From Acidobacteriota bacterium (GTDB lineage: Bacteria; Acidobacteriota; UBA6911; RPQK01; JADFOI01): a stretch of DNA of 64,000 bases. The DNA lies in assembly GCA_963663035.1 (NCBI GenBank), contig OY760074.1, forward strand, positions 2,976,001 to 3,040,000, in the 5' to 3' direction. Positions 1 to 8,332 of this stretch are shown here, piece by piece. The position numbers were made by a program, and so were the translations under genes. How positions within the stretch are numbered: position 1 is the stretch's first letter; each line of letters opens with the position of its first letter. The notes under the pieces are model-generated. The model ran no database searches. It had not been told where the DNA came from and worked only from the letters and a program-made list of their open reading frames with translations.

Positions 1-378
1 CATCACCGTGGTCATGCCATCTCGGGTCTTTCGATCGATCTTCGCACCTGCATCCAGGAGGGCTCGCACCACTTCGGTGTGTCCTGCTTCTGCCACCATT
101 CTCAGGATTGTGAGACCTTCGAACTTCTCGTTCACGTTGGCACCTTTAGCGAGCAGGAGCTTGACGGTTTCCGTCTGGCCGTTCACTGATGCCAGCATCA
201 AGGCTGTCTCGCTCAGCCTGTTGGTCGCGTTCGCTCGGGCACCTGCATTCAACAAGTCATTCACTCTCTCGGTTTGACCGTTTCTGGCCGCTTCAATCAA
301 CTGTGAATTCACGTCCTTTGCAAAGGCCGGGACGAAAGTCAGTAATCCCACGGATAGAATCATCATCATTTTTGCCAT
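1..378 (-). CDS. Secreted ankyrin-repeat protein (runs off the window at its 3' end)
   Basis: Hand translation from ATG 378 (GGAGG upstream): MAKMMMILSVGLLTFVPAFA signal peptide, then ankyrin repeats (LIEAARNGQTERVNDLLNAGA, ETALMLASVNGQTETVKLLLAKGANVN, GHTEVVRALLDAGA). Not in the ORF track because it is truncated. Confidence 0.9.
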   Translation of the reverse strand, partial: MAKMMMILSVGLLTFVPAFAKDVNSQLIEAARNGQTERVNDLLNAGARANATNRLSETALMLASVNGQTETVKLLLAKGANVNEKFEGLTILRMVAEAGHTEVVRALLDAGAKIDRKTRDGMTTVM

Positions 379-573
379 AAAAGACCTCCCCCAAGGCTAG
401 GGCAATTTGAGTTGCACACATGATAAGCCTGCTTTCTTCAAAAAGCTAGTCCCGAGAGAGTTTTTTGACGGGTTTGGAGATGAGAGTCAGACTTTAGGGA
501 AGGAGTAGAGGGTTTAGGAGAATTCGACAAGAGACACACGAGACGCAGCGATTTGCCCGTTGCGGATTCTCTT

Positions 574-608
574 TTCGAATTTGGAATTTGGGCTTTGGGC
601 TTTGGAAT
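574..608. repeat. Heptamer tandem repeat, 5 units (TTGGAAT/TTGGGCT)
   Basis: ttcgaat ttggaat ttgggct ttgggct ttggaat, followed by hairpin ccgccg..cggcgg at 611-631. Confidence 0.8.
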
Positions 609-647
609 TTCCGCCGGCCGAAGGACGGCGGTGGTCAGGCGGTCTGT

Positions 648-682
648 TTTCAGCTGTCAGTTGTCAGTTGTCGCCTGTCAGT
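648..682. repeat. Heptamer tandem repeat, 5 units (TGTCAGT), overlapping the cyclase stop codon
   Basis: tttcagc tgtcagt tgtcagt tgtcgcc tgtcagt. Confidence 0.8.
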
Positions 683-2669
683 GGTTCGTCATCTCCAGCA
701 GCTTGCCCAGGGTTTCCATGACCTGAGGGTCAAACTTCCCCTTCTTGGCATCTCGCTGCATCTCCGCGAAGGCCGCCCGATGGTCCCATCGATCCCGGTA
801 AGGCCGCCAGGAGGTGAGAGCATCGTAGGTGTCTGCCACGGCCAGAATACGAGCACCCATCGGGACTTGATCTCCGGCCAAACCTAACGGGTAGCCCGAT
901 CCGTGTAAACTCTCATGGCTGGCCTCGATGATTTCAAAAAGGACCTTATTTTGATAACCCATCTGTCTCAACACGCGAACCGATTCCCGGCTGTGTTTGG
1001 TCACTTCTTCAAACTCTTCCTTGCTCAAACTTCCGGCCCGATTGAGAAGATGGTGGGGAACAATCACCTTTCCCAGATCGGCCAGGTAGCCCGCTTGTAG
1101 AATGTCTAGTTTCTCCTGAGCACTCAGGTCAAGGCTGTCAGCCACTGCATAGGACAGGAAGCCGACCACACGCGAATGACCGATGGAGCCATCGAGGGCT
1201 TCAACCGGAAGAAGGATGTCCTCCGGGTAGACAAACAGTTTATCCACTTCCTCCTGATACTGATCATAGAGCTCCTGAGGAATCTTCTCTCTATCCTCCA
1301 GAGGTTTCTTTAGCCCCAGGACCTCGAATAGATACAGTCTGTCCTTCTTACCCCGGATCGAGACCGCATCCATTTGATTCATCTTTAAAGTGGTCTCGGC
1401 GTAGGCCAGCTTGATCTTATCGTCCTTGGGATCCATTTGCAGCGCTTGGCCCAGCTGTTCCTGAGCCTGTAAGAAGTAATTGCCCTTGAGAAACAGGAAT
1501 CCGATCTTCTTCATCAAGTCCACATCGTCTGGCTGTTCATCCAGCTGCTGAGAGTACTCAGCGATTTCCTTCACGAACTCTGGATCCTCGGACTCGGCAA
1601 ATGAGAAAACGGTCTTCTTCTGCACCTTCACAAAACGGCTGACTTCCTCGAAGGTGGCAGAGTCGATAGTGATCATCCCAGGATCACACAACTCCTGGAT
1701 CCTCGAGGCCAGGTTGACCACGTCCCCGATGGCGGTGTAGGTCTGGCGCCTATTGCCAATCAGCCCAATAATCGGTTCTCCCGTAGAAATCCCGATACGC
1801 ATTTTCCAGGGATAATCTCCATTGGCGATCCGCTCCTGCATCTTCAGCCCGGCGATGGTCGCCATCAAGGCGTGTCTTTGATAGTCGACGGGGGCCCCGA
1901 ACTCCACCATGATGCCATCACCCATATACTTGTCGATGTGGGCACGGTAATCCAAAAGAACCTCTTCCATTTCCTCAAGCAGCCTGTTGAGATCGGTGAT
2001 GACCAGCTCAGGTCTTCTCTCCTCTGAAAACTGGGTGAAATCTTTCAAATCAGAAAAGAGAATGCTGATTTTTCTTTTTTCCGTACGAAGCCTTTTCTCG
2101 ATGATCAGCCTGACGACCGAGGCATCCATGGTCGAGTAGAGGGCATCTTCCACCTTCCTCTTCAGCTCTTCGACAGCTCCCTTTGATTTCTCCAGGCTTT
2201 CAGTCCTCTCTAGCACCTTTTTTTCCAGGTTCTCAGCATGATCTCGAAGCTCCTTGTCAGCCGCGACAATTCTTGACTGGCTATCCTCCAGATTCCGATT
2301 CAGTTCTCTCACCTGGTCCACCTCCGTCTTTAAACGGGAGGTCAGTTGCCCCACCACAGCTCCCGTCAGGATCAGAAAGCTGGACCAGGCCAGGATATTC
2401 ATCCACAGGTCAAGATGACTAAAAGCCGGCATGAAGGAGGCGGGAAACAGATAGGCGTACAGGACGACGACCAGGGTACAGAGGACACCGCCTAGAAGTG
2501 CCCTTCGCACCCCCAGGTAATAGGCTCCAAGCAGGATGGGAATAAAGTAGAAGTTTAGAAAAGCCAGCTTATAGGGAATCAGGTAGTTGATTCCGGCCAC
2601 GCTGACCAGGATGAGGAGAACAAAAAGCTGCTCGAAGTTTCTGATGAGGTAATTCTTGAGGGCATCCAT
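678..2669 (-). CDS. Membrane class III adenylate cyclase with coiled coil, TPR and C-terminal degenerate HD-GYP domain
   Basis: About 4 TM helices. Cyclase motifs LFSDLKDFT, IDKYMGDGIM, TAIGDVVNLASR. HD-GYP motifs GHS, ADLGK, GSGYP, VADTYDALTSWRPYR. Start placed at MDALK (2669); the ORF is open to 2801. Confidence 0.88.
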   Translation of the reverse strand: MDALKNYLIRNFEQLFVLLILVSVAGINYLIPYKLAFLNFYFIPILLGAYYLGVRRALLGGVLCTLVVVLYAYLFPASFMPAFSHLDLWMNILAWSSFLILTGAVVGQLTSRLKTEVDQVRELNRNLEDSQSRIVAADKELRDHAENLEKKVLERTESLEKSKGAVEELKRKVEDALYSTMDASVVRLIIEKRLRTEKRKISILFSDLKDFTQFSEERRPELVITDLNRLLEEMEEVLLDYRAHIDKYMGDGIMVEFGAPVDYQRHALMATIAGLKMQERIANGDYPWKMRIGISTGEPIIGLIGNRRQTYTAIGDVVNLASRIQELCDPGMITIDSATFEEVSRFVKVQKKTVFSFAESEDPEFVKEIAEYSQQLDEQPDDVDLMKKIGFLFLKGNYFLQAQEQLGQALQMDPKDDKIKLAYAETTLKMNQMDAVSIRGKKDRLYLFEVLGLKKPLEDREKIPQELYDQYQEEVDKLFVYPEDILLPVEALDGSIGHSRVVGFLSYAVADSLDLSAQEKLDILQAGYLADLGKVIVPHHLLNRAGSLSKEEFEEVTKHSRESVRVLRQMGYQNKVLFEIIEASHESLHGSGYPLGLAGDQVPMGARILAVADTYDALTSWRPYRDRWDHRAAFAEMQRDAKKGKFDPQVMETLGKLLEMTNH

Positions 2670-2967
2670 TCCCTTCAACCGTAAGCAATTTCCGTTCCAT
2701 CGCTTGAGAGTGAGAGATAGAATCTGTACAGACGCCAGCAGTGCTGGCTTTGCGAGCAGCACGGATTCGATGCTGGGTGAGACGTGGCCCAATTCTTCCA
2801 TTCGATGTCAACACCAAGTTACAAAGCATTCACTCGGTATACAGTGATAAGAACAATCACCTCAAGTAGTTAACAAGTCTTCCAGAGGGTGTCTGAAGCT
2901 GTCAACAGAACTTGACAGCAGTGAGAGATGCGGGCCAATGCTCCGCCGATTAGCTTCACTGTCTCTG

Positions 2968-4518
2968 TTAGGAATCAGGGTAGTGCAACTTCCACCAGCT
3001 CTCGGCCCGGCCGCGGTCCCAATCATGAGGCTTGGCGCAGGCAGAGAGCGCACCGGCAAGTTCCATGGCAGCCTGGAAGCGTTTGGCGGGATCTTTCTCG
3101 AGGCATTTCAGAACAATTCGATCCAATTCCTCGGGGATCTCGTTTTCGGACCGTCCCGAGGGCGGACCCGGCACTTCCTTGACATGATCGACAATCATGG
3201 CCAGGGGGCTCTCCCGCTGGAAAACCAACTGTCCAGTGAGCAACCAGTAGGCGACGCAGCCAAGGGCATAGATGTCGCTTCTAGCATCCACGCCCTCACC
3301 CATGGCCAACTCGGGAGCCATATAGGCCGGTGTTCCAGTGGTCACGCCTTTCATGGTGAGCTCGGTGCTCAAGTCACCATCGGTCTTAAAGCCGCCATTG
3401 GTTTGAGTTTTGACCAGGCCGAAGTCCAGGACCTTGATGAAATCGTAGGAGAGCCCCAGATGACACACAAAGATATTGGCAGGTTTAACGTCTCGATGGA
3501 TGAAATGGTTGTCATGAGCCTCGGCAAGAGACTCACAGGCCTGCTGCAGGAGGTGGACGGTTCTCTCCGGCGGGACCGGGCCGTGCTTCGTGACCAGGGT
3601 GGCGAGGTCGAGCCCGTTGAGATATTCCATCACGTAGTAGAAGATCTGGTCGTTGGTGACACCGAAATCATAGAGTTCAACGGTATGGGGAGAGCGGAGA
3701 CCGGCGGTGGCCTGGGCCTCCCTTTCAAAACGCCGCACGGTGCGCTGCGCGCCTATGGGGTCCCCTGCTTCCACCATCTCAGGCCGAATCAATTTGATTA
3801 CGGCGGGCCGCACCAACTTGTGATGCTTTGCCAGCCAAACCTCTCCCATGCCGCCTGCACCAATCTGTTCGGTCAGTTTGTAAAAGCCCATTTCCGAGGT
3901 TTGGACCTGTTGGCGGCGATAAAGGCCGACAATTCGTGTACCCCAGACAGCGATTGCAACGCTCATTACCAGTACAAGCCCGACATCAGCAAACTCTCCG
4001 GAGCTGGTCTGGGCGATTGACTGGGCCATCTGGGGATAGCTGCTGCCCAGCCAAATGGCGGCAAGGACCGGCGTACTAGCCAGTGGAATAACCACCAAGA
4101 CAGCACGCTGCCAGGTGTTGGGAATGAACATTCCGTAGACTACCACCAGCAGAACATAATGCAGGACACTCTTGAACAGACCCGACAAAGCCAAGCCGCT
4201 GTCTCCCCGCAACGCACTCTGGGACACAAGTGTGTAGTCTTGCACCGCCACAAAAACAGCAGCCGATCCAAAAATGAGCAGTTCCAGAGCTCTCAGCGGG
4301 GTCAGGGGAAGCTGCTTCTTGGTGAAGAGCAGGACAGTGATGCACCCCAGTGCTAACACCAAAACGATCTGAAGGAGTGGAGAAGATGTCCTATTGCCAA
4401 GAAGGTCGATGGTCAGCCAACTGATCTCGGTGACAAGAAGAACGAGGGCCACCACACCTAACCGGCTTCGGAGCAGTGCTTCGGTCAGCCCGCTCACCAT
4501 CTTGCCCCGACCGGGCAC
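2968..4518 (-). CDS. Membrane-anchored Hanks-type Ser/Thr protein kinase
   Basis: N-terminal TM helices, then IGAGGMGEVW, VIKLI, HRDVKPAN, DFG, GTPAYMAPE, SDIYALG. Start uncertain. Confidence 0.92.
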   Translation of the reverse strand: MPGRGKMVSGLTEALLRSRLGVVALVLLVTEISWLTIDLLGNRTSSPLLQIVLVLALGCITVLLFTKKQLPLTPLRALELLIFGSAAVFVAVQDYTLVSQSALRGDSGLALSGLFKSVLHYVLLVVVYGMFIPNTWQRAVLVVIPLASTPVLAAIWLGSSYPQMAQSIAQTSSGEFADVGLVLVMSVAIAVWGTRIVGLYRRQQVQTSEMGFYKLTEQIGAGGMGEVWLAKHHKLVRPAVIKLIRPEMVEAGDPIGAQRTVRRFEREAQATAGLRSPHTVELYDFGVTNDQIFYYVMEYLNGLDLATLVTKHGPVPPERTVHLLQQACESLAEAHDNHFIHRDVKPANIFVCHLGLSYDFIKVLDFGLVKTQTNGGFKTDGDLSTELTMKGVTTGTPAYMAPELAMGEGVDARSDIYALGCVAYWLLTGQLVFQRESPLAMIVDHVKEVPGPPSGRSENEIPEELDRIVLKCLEKDPAKRFQAAMELAGALSACAKPHDWDRGRAESWWKLHYPDS

Positions 4519-4753
4519 CTCACCAGCCTCAGGTCAGAACCTGCGTCCGGAACGGCTGCCAGTCAGGATTGTGGGCGGATTTTCTTCTACTTCCTGCCGA
4601 TCCGGGACGGATGTCTTCATCGGTTCTTCAGTATACAGCTTCGGGTCAACCGATGAGGGGAAGAATTTCCATGATCCCCGGCGGGACCTGGTGGGAGAAA
4701 TGAGGGCTACCGATTCTGAGGAGTCGTGCTGGACCGGCTGAGAAAGATTCTCC

Positions 4754-6346
4754 TTAGGTTGCAGCTGTCTGAAGAGCAGGGCTTTGAACTTCCCGGCGAT
4801 CTGGGAGATGACGAAGTTTGCGCAGCGCTTCCACTTCGATCTGTCGAATACGCTCTCGCGTAACGGCAAAGCTTTGCCCAATCTCCTCCAGGGTGTGTTC
4901 GCACTCCAGCTCAATGCCGAATCGCATGCGGACCACCTGCTCTTCTCGAGGCGTTAAAGTCTGTAAGGCCGTTATCATCTGATCCTTTTGATTGATATAG
5001 ATCCCGGCCTCAACAGGGGAAATTAGGCCCCGGTCTTCGATGAAGTTTCCGATGTGGAGATCCTCGTCCTCTCCAATCGAGGTCTCCAGGGAGATCGGTT
5101 CCTGGGCAATCTTGAGAATCTTGCCAACTCTTGTGACGGGTATGTCCATCTGCTGAGCGAGTTCTTCGGAGGTCGGCTCTCGACCATACTCCTGAACCAG
5201 AGCGCGCGAGGTCCGCAAGAGCTTGTTGATGGTTTCAATCATGTGCACCGGAATTCGAATGGTCCGGGCCTGATCGTCAATGGCCCGAGTGATGGCCTGG
5301 CGAATCCACCAGGTAGCATAGGTGGAAAACTTGTAGCCCCTCTGATATTCAAACCTGTCGACGGCCTTCATCAAACCGATATTGCCCTCCTGGATTAAGT
5401 CAGGTAATGGCATTCCCCGGTTGCTGTACCTTTTAGCGATCGAGACCACTAATCGGAGGTTGGCCTCCACCAGCTCCTTCTTCCCCTTCTCTGCTTCCAA
5501 CTGTCCTTTATTGATCACCACCAGAGTTCGTTTCAGTTCCTTGGGTGAGGCCAGGACCCTGCCTTCGAGCTTCGCCAGCTCCTTGTCCATTTTCTTCAGC
5601 TTCAGATTCACCTTCTTGGACTCTTCCAGCCTCAGTGGAGATTTCTGAAGCTTATTTAATTTCTTGGCTTCCCGCTGCATTTGGGAAATCCGCTTCACTT
5701 CGTCTCTAATAGCATTGATGAGGTGCTCTTGTGCCTCAGGTTTGAGATTGAGGTCTCTGAGGCATCGGGCAACCAAAAGGCGATAGCGCACCAGCTGGGA
5801 AAACAACTTCTTGTGCCGTGGGCCGTTTTTCTTGAACCTGAGGAGGTCTCCTTGTACCTTAGAAGCCTTGGCCTCTACTTCTGCGATTTCATCAATGCCT
5901 TTCAAAACCTCCGCGCGGCGAGCTTCGAGACTCTCTTCGGTCAGCTCTTTGTCGGTCAAACGGACCAGCTTTCTGACCGCCAGCTCACCGCTTCTCAGCT
6001 GTTCACCGAAGGACAGCAGGGTACCCACGACGACTGGCGATCGAGAGAGCGCTTTTCGCACGGCTTTTCGGCCCTTCTCAATCCGCTTGGCAATCTCCAC
6101 CTCGCCCTCTCGGCTCAAGAGGGATACCATGCCCATCTCCCTCAAATACACCCGAATAGGGTCCTTGCTCTTGTAAAGGCCTTCAGAAGAACCATTCTCC
6201 TCAGAATCCTGCCCTGCGGATTCAGCCACTCGAACTTCAGCATCACTGACAACACAGAGGACGGTATCCCCATCCTCAGAGGATTCGGGATCGGGACCGT
6301 TAATCTCTTGGCGGAGTAATTGGTCTTCTTTTTTGTTTAGCTTCAT
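4754..6346 (-). CDS. rpoD: RpoD-like sigma-70 factor with long non-conserved region
   Basis: Region 1.2 [11 protein letters not shown], region 2 [41 protein letters not shown], region 4 [20 protein letters not shown]. May be a paralogue. Confidence 0.85.
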   Translation of the reverse strand: MKLNKKEDQLLRQEINGPDPESSEDGDTVLCVVSDAEVRVAESAGQDSEENGSSEGLYKSKDPIRVYLREMGMVSLLSREGEVEIAKRIEKGRKAVRKALSRSPVVVGTLLSFGEQLRSGELAVRKLVRLTDKELTEESLEARRAEVLKGIDEIAEVEAKASKVQGDLLRFKKNGPRHKKLFSQLVRYRLLVARCLRDLNLKPEAQEHLINAIRDEVKRISQMQREAKKLNKLQKSPLRLEESKKVNLKLKKMDKELAKLEGRVLASPKELKRTLVVINKGQLEAEKGKKELVEANLRLVVSIAKRYSNRGMPLPDLIQEGNIGLMKAVDRFEYQRGYKFSTYATWWIRQAITRAIDDQARTIRIPVHMIETINKLLRTSRALVQEYGREPTSEELAQQMDIPVTRVGKILKIAQEPISLETSIGEDEDLHIGNFIEDRGLISPVEAGIYINQKDQMITALQTLTPREEQVVRMRFGIELECEHTLEEIGQSFAVTRERIRQIEVEALRKLRHLPDRREVQSPALQTAAT

Positions 6347-6368
6347 TTTTTTCTGGGTTCCTCAAGAG

Positions 6369-6602
6369 TTAAGTGGCCTCTTCAGTCAGCGACGTCTTGA
6401 CTGAAAGAGGACGCGGAAGGCGAGTGAGTTGCTCCGCAGGCCAAGGCTCAAGCCACAGTTCGCCGACTTGTTCCTCGGCGAAGAGCTTGCCCGCCATTTG
6501 ACGGCAAAGCCTTTCGATGTCTGTCTGGCAACCATTCGATCTCATCCTTAGAAACCGAATTTTTCCGCCGACATCGGCTAAAACCAGGTATCTCCAAGAC
6601 AT
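6369..6602 (-). CDS. Small hypothetical protein upstream of the sigma factor
   Basis: 77-aa ORF with GAGG upstream, ending 22 bp before the sigma ATG; no recognisable domain. Confidence 0.35.
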   Translation of the reverse strand: MSWRYLVLADVGGKIRFLRMRSNGCQTDIERLCRQMAGKLFAEEQVGELWLEPWPAEQLTRLPRPLSVKTSLTEEAT

Positions 6603-6943
6603 TCCTGGACCTCGCGAGCAATTTCCGTTCCAAAAAGAACAGAACCAACCAACAATCCCCTTAGTCCCAGTAATTCAAGGGTTTGAGCAGCCATCGTGGA
6701 AGTGAGACGGCAATCGGGAAGACTCCGATTCTCCCAACCAGTGTCAACGGCTGCTTACAACTGAATCTCGCAATTGAGCCATAACCGTAGCCCCTGGAGA
6801 CACTTAGCTGATCTTCTCAGGACCGGCACCGGTGTCAACGACTGGACATTGGGATCCTATGGACACAGCCTCTCGCCCTCCGATATACTGAGGCATCGCA
6901 ATCAAAGAGAACTCTCAAGGCGGTGCTTCGCCCTCTTTCTAGG

Positions 6944-7429
6944 ATGGCAAAGAAACAACCGCTTTCTAGCAAAAGGAGTTCGACGGGGGGGAACCCTCCC
7001 AGCCGAAACCAGCTTTGTCCATGCGGCTCTGGAAAGAAATACAAGCGCTGTTGCGCTTTGAAATCAGGGGGGAATCAGCAACGCTCCAAGAGAATTCTGA
7101 TGTGGATCGGAGGGATTACAGCGGCCGCCTTACTTGGCTACGGAGTGGCCCAGATGGGGCAGGGAAGCAGATCCGGTAGCTCGAACGTAACTTCCTTCGG
7201 CAGCCTACCAGGAGCTGGCTACTTTTCGGAGGCCGCTCTTGGCGAGGTGGATTTCTCAGTCCTCACCGAGGAACAGAAGGAAAAGGTCCTTGACCAGATC
7301 AATACGGTCCTGTGCACCTGCGGCTGCAACCTGACCTTGGCTCAGTGCGTGGCCACCGACAGTACTTGTCCGCTGAGAAACTCGAATATCGAGAAAATCC
7401 GGTCTATTGTTCGGCAAGAAAGCGGATAA
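6944..7429 (+). CDS. SEC-C motif membrane protein with extracytoplasmic Cys-rich domain
   Basis: RNQLCPCGSGKKYKRCC (SEC-C), one TM helix, C-terminal CTCGC-x6-C-x6-C. Confidence 0.8.
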   Translation: MAKKQPLSSKRSSTGGNPPSRNQLCPCGSGKKYKRCCALKSGGNQQRSKRILMWIGGITAAALLGYGVAQMGQGSRSGSSNVTSFGSLPGAGYFSEAALGEVDFSVLTEEQKEKVLDQINTVLCTCGCNLTLAQCVATDSTCPLRNSNIEKIRSIVRQESG

Positions 7430-7543
7430 CGTAAGATTCCCTTCCTTAGTCATCTCCGTTAGAATGATGGGCTGAAATTAAAGGAAACATCACAGTCCAT
7501 CCGGCGTATACTCGATGGACCCAACCAAGGGGAGGTGTTGGAG

Positions 7544-8332
7544 ATGGAAGATTCGTCCCGTGTGATGATTGAAGCGAAGGGGCTGAGCAAGTATTTCGGC
7601 CCTTTTGTGGCGATAGAGAATATCTCCTTCTCCATTCCTGCAGGGCAGATCGTCGCGTTTCTGGGGTCAAATGGTGCGGGCAAGTCCACCACCATGAGGA
7701 TTCTGACAGGATACATGGCTCCCAGCGAAGGGAATGCCTACATTGCGGGACTCAATATTCACAAGGAGCGGATTGCCGCTTCCAGGAAGCTGGGATACCT
7801 GCCAGAGAACGGCCCTCTCTATCTCGATATGACACCCAGGGACTTTCTACAGTTCTTTGGGGAAGCTCGTGGACTGGAACAGACGGATCTGAGCCGCCGC
7901 ATCGACTGGGTCAGCGAACAGTATTCTTTGCAAGATGTCATGGAGAAGCCACTTGGAAAGCTCTCCAGAGGATATCGTCAGCGAGTGGGGGTGGCTCAGG
8001 CTCTGATGCATGACCCGGACGTGCTCATCATGGACGAGCCCACAGCAGGACTGGACCCCAACCAGATCCGCGAATTCCGGGGAAGTATTCGCGAACTGGG
8101 AAAAAGAAAGACTATTCTCATCTCGACCCACATTCTCCGAGAGGTGGATGTAGTTGCTGACCGCGTTCTGTTTATTCACAATGGAAAGTTAGTCTTCGAC
8201 GGTACGCCTGAAACACTCAGAGAAAATGATTCGCTGGAGGAACCTTTCTATCGGATGACAAGTTACGGGCGGTCCACTGAAAGTCAGCGGGCGTCAACAC
8301 CCATGACGGCTCAATCATCAGGAGAGGAATGA
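7544..8332 (+). CDS. ABC transporter ATP-binding protein (GldA-like)
   Basis: Walker A GSNGAGKST, LSRGYRQR signature, IMDEP; GGAGG before ATG 7544. Confidence 0.93.
   Translation: MEDSSRVMIEAKGLSKYFGPFVAIENISFSIPAGQIVAFLGSNGAGKSTTMRILTGYMAPSEGNAYIAGLNIHKERIAASRKLGYLPENGPLYLDMTPRDFLQFFGEARGLEQTDLSRRIDWVSEQYSLQDVMEKPLGKLSRGYRQRVGVAQALMHDPDVLIMDEPTAGLDPNQIREFRGSIRELGKRKTILISTHILREVDVVADRVLFIHNGKLVFDGTPETLRENDSLEEPFYRMTSYGRSTESQRASTPMTAQSSGEE

Noticed and set aside
2898-2919. Inverted repeat gctgtcaa-N6-ttgacagc between kinase and cyclase
   Set aside because: Could be an operator or weak terminator, but it is a single instance with no U tract or identifiable regulator.
2938-4020. 360-aa plus-strand ORF and similar long antisense ORFs (15771-16652, 40909-41685, 47037-47843)
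   Set aside because: Shadows of well-supported genes on the opposite strand, with no domain features.
4534-4536. Selenocysteine at the in-frame TGA before the kinase
   Set aside because: No redox motif context and no convincing SECIS hairpin downstream.
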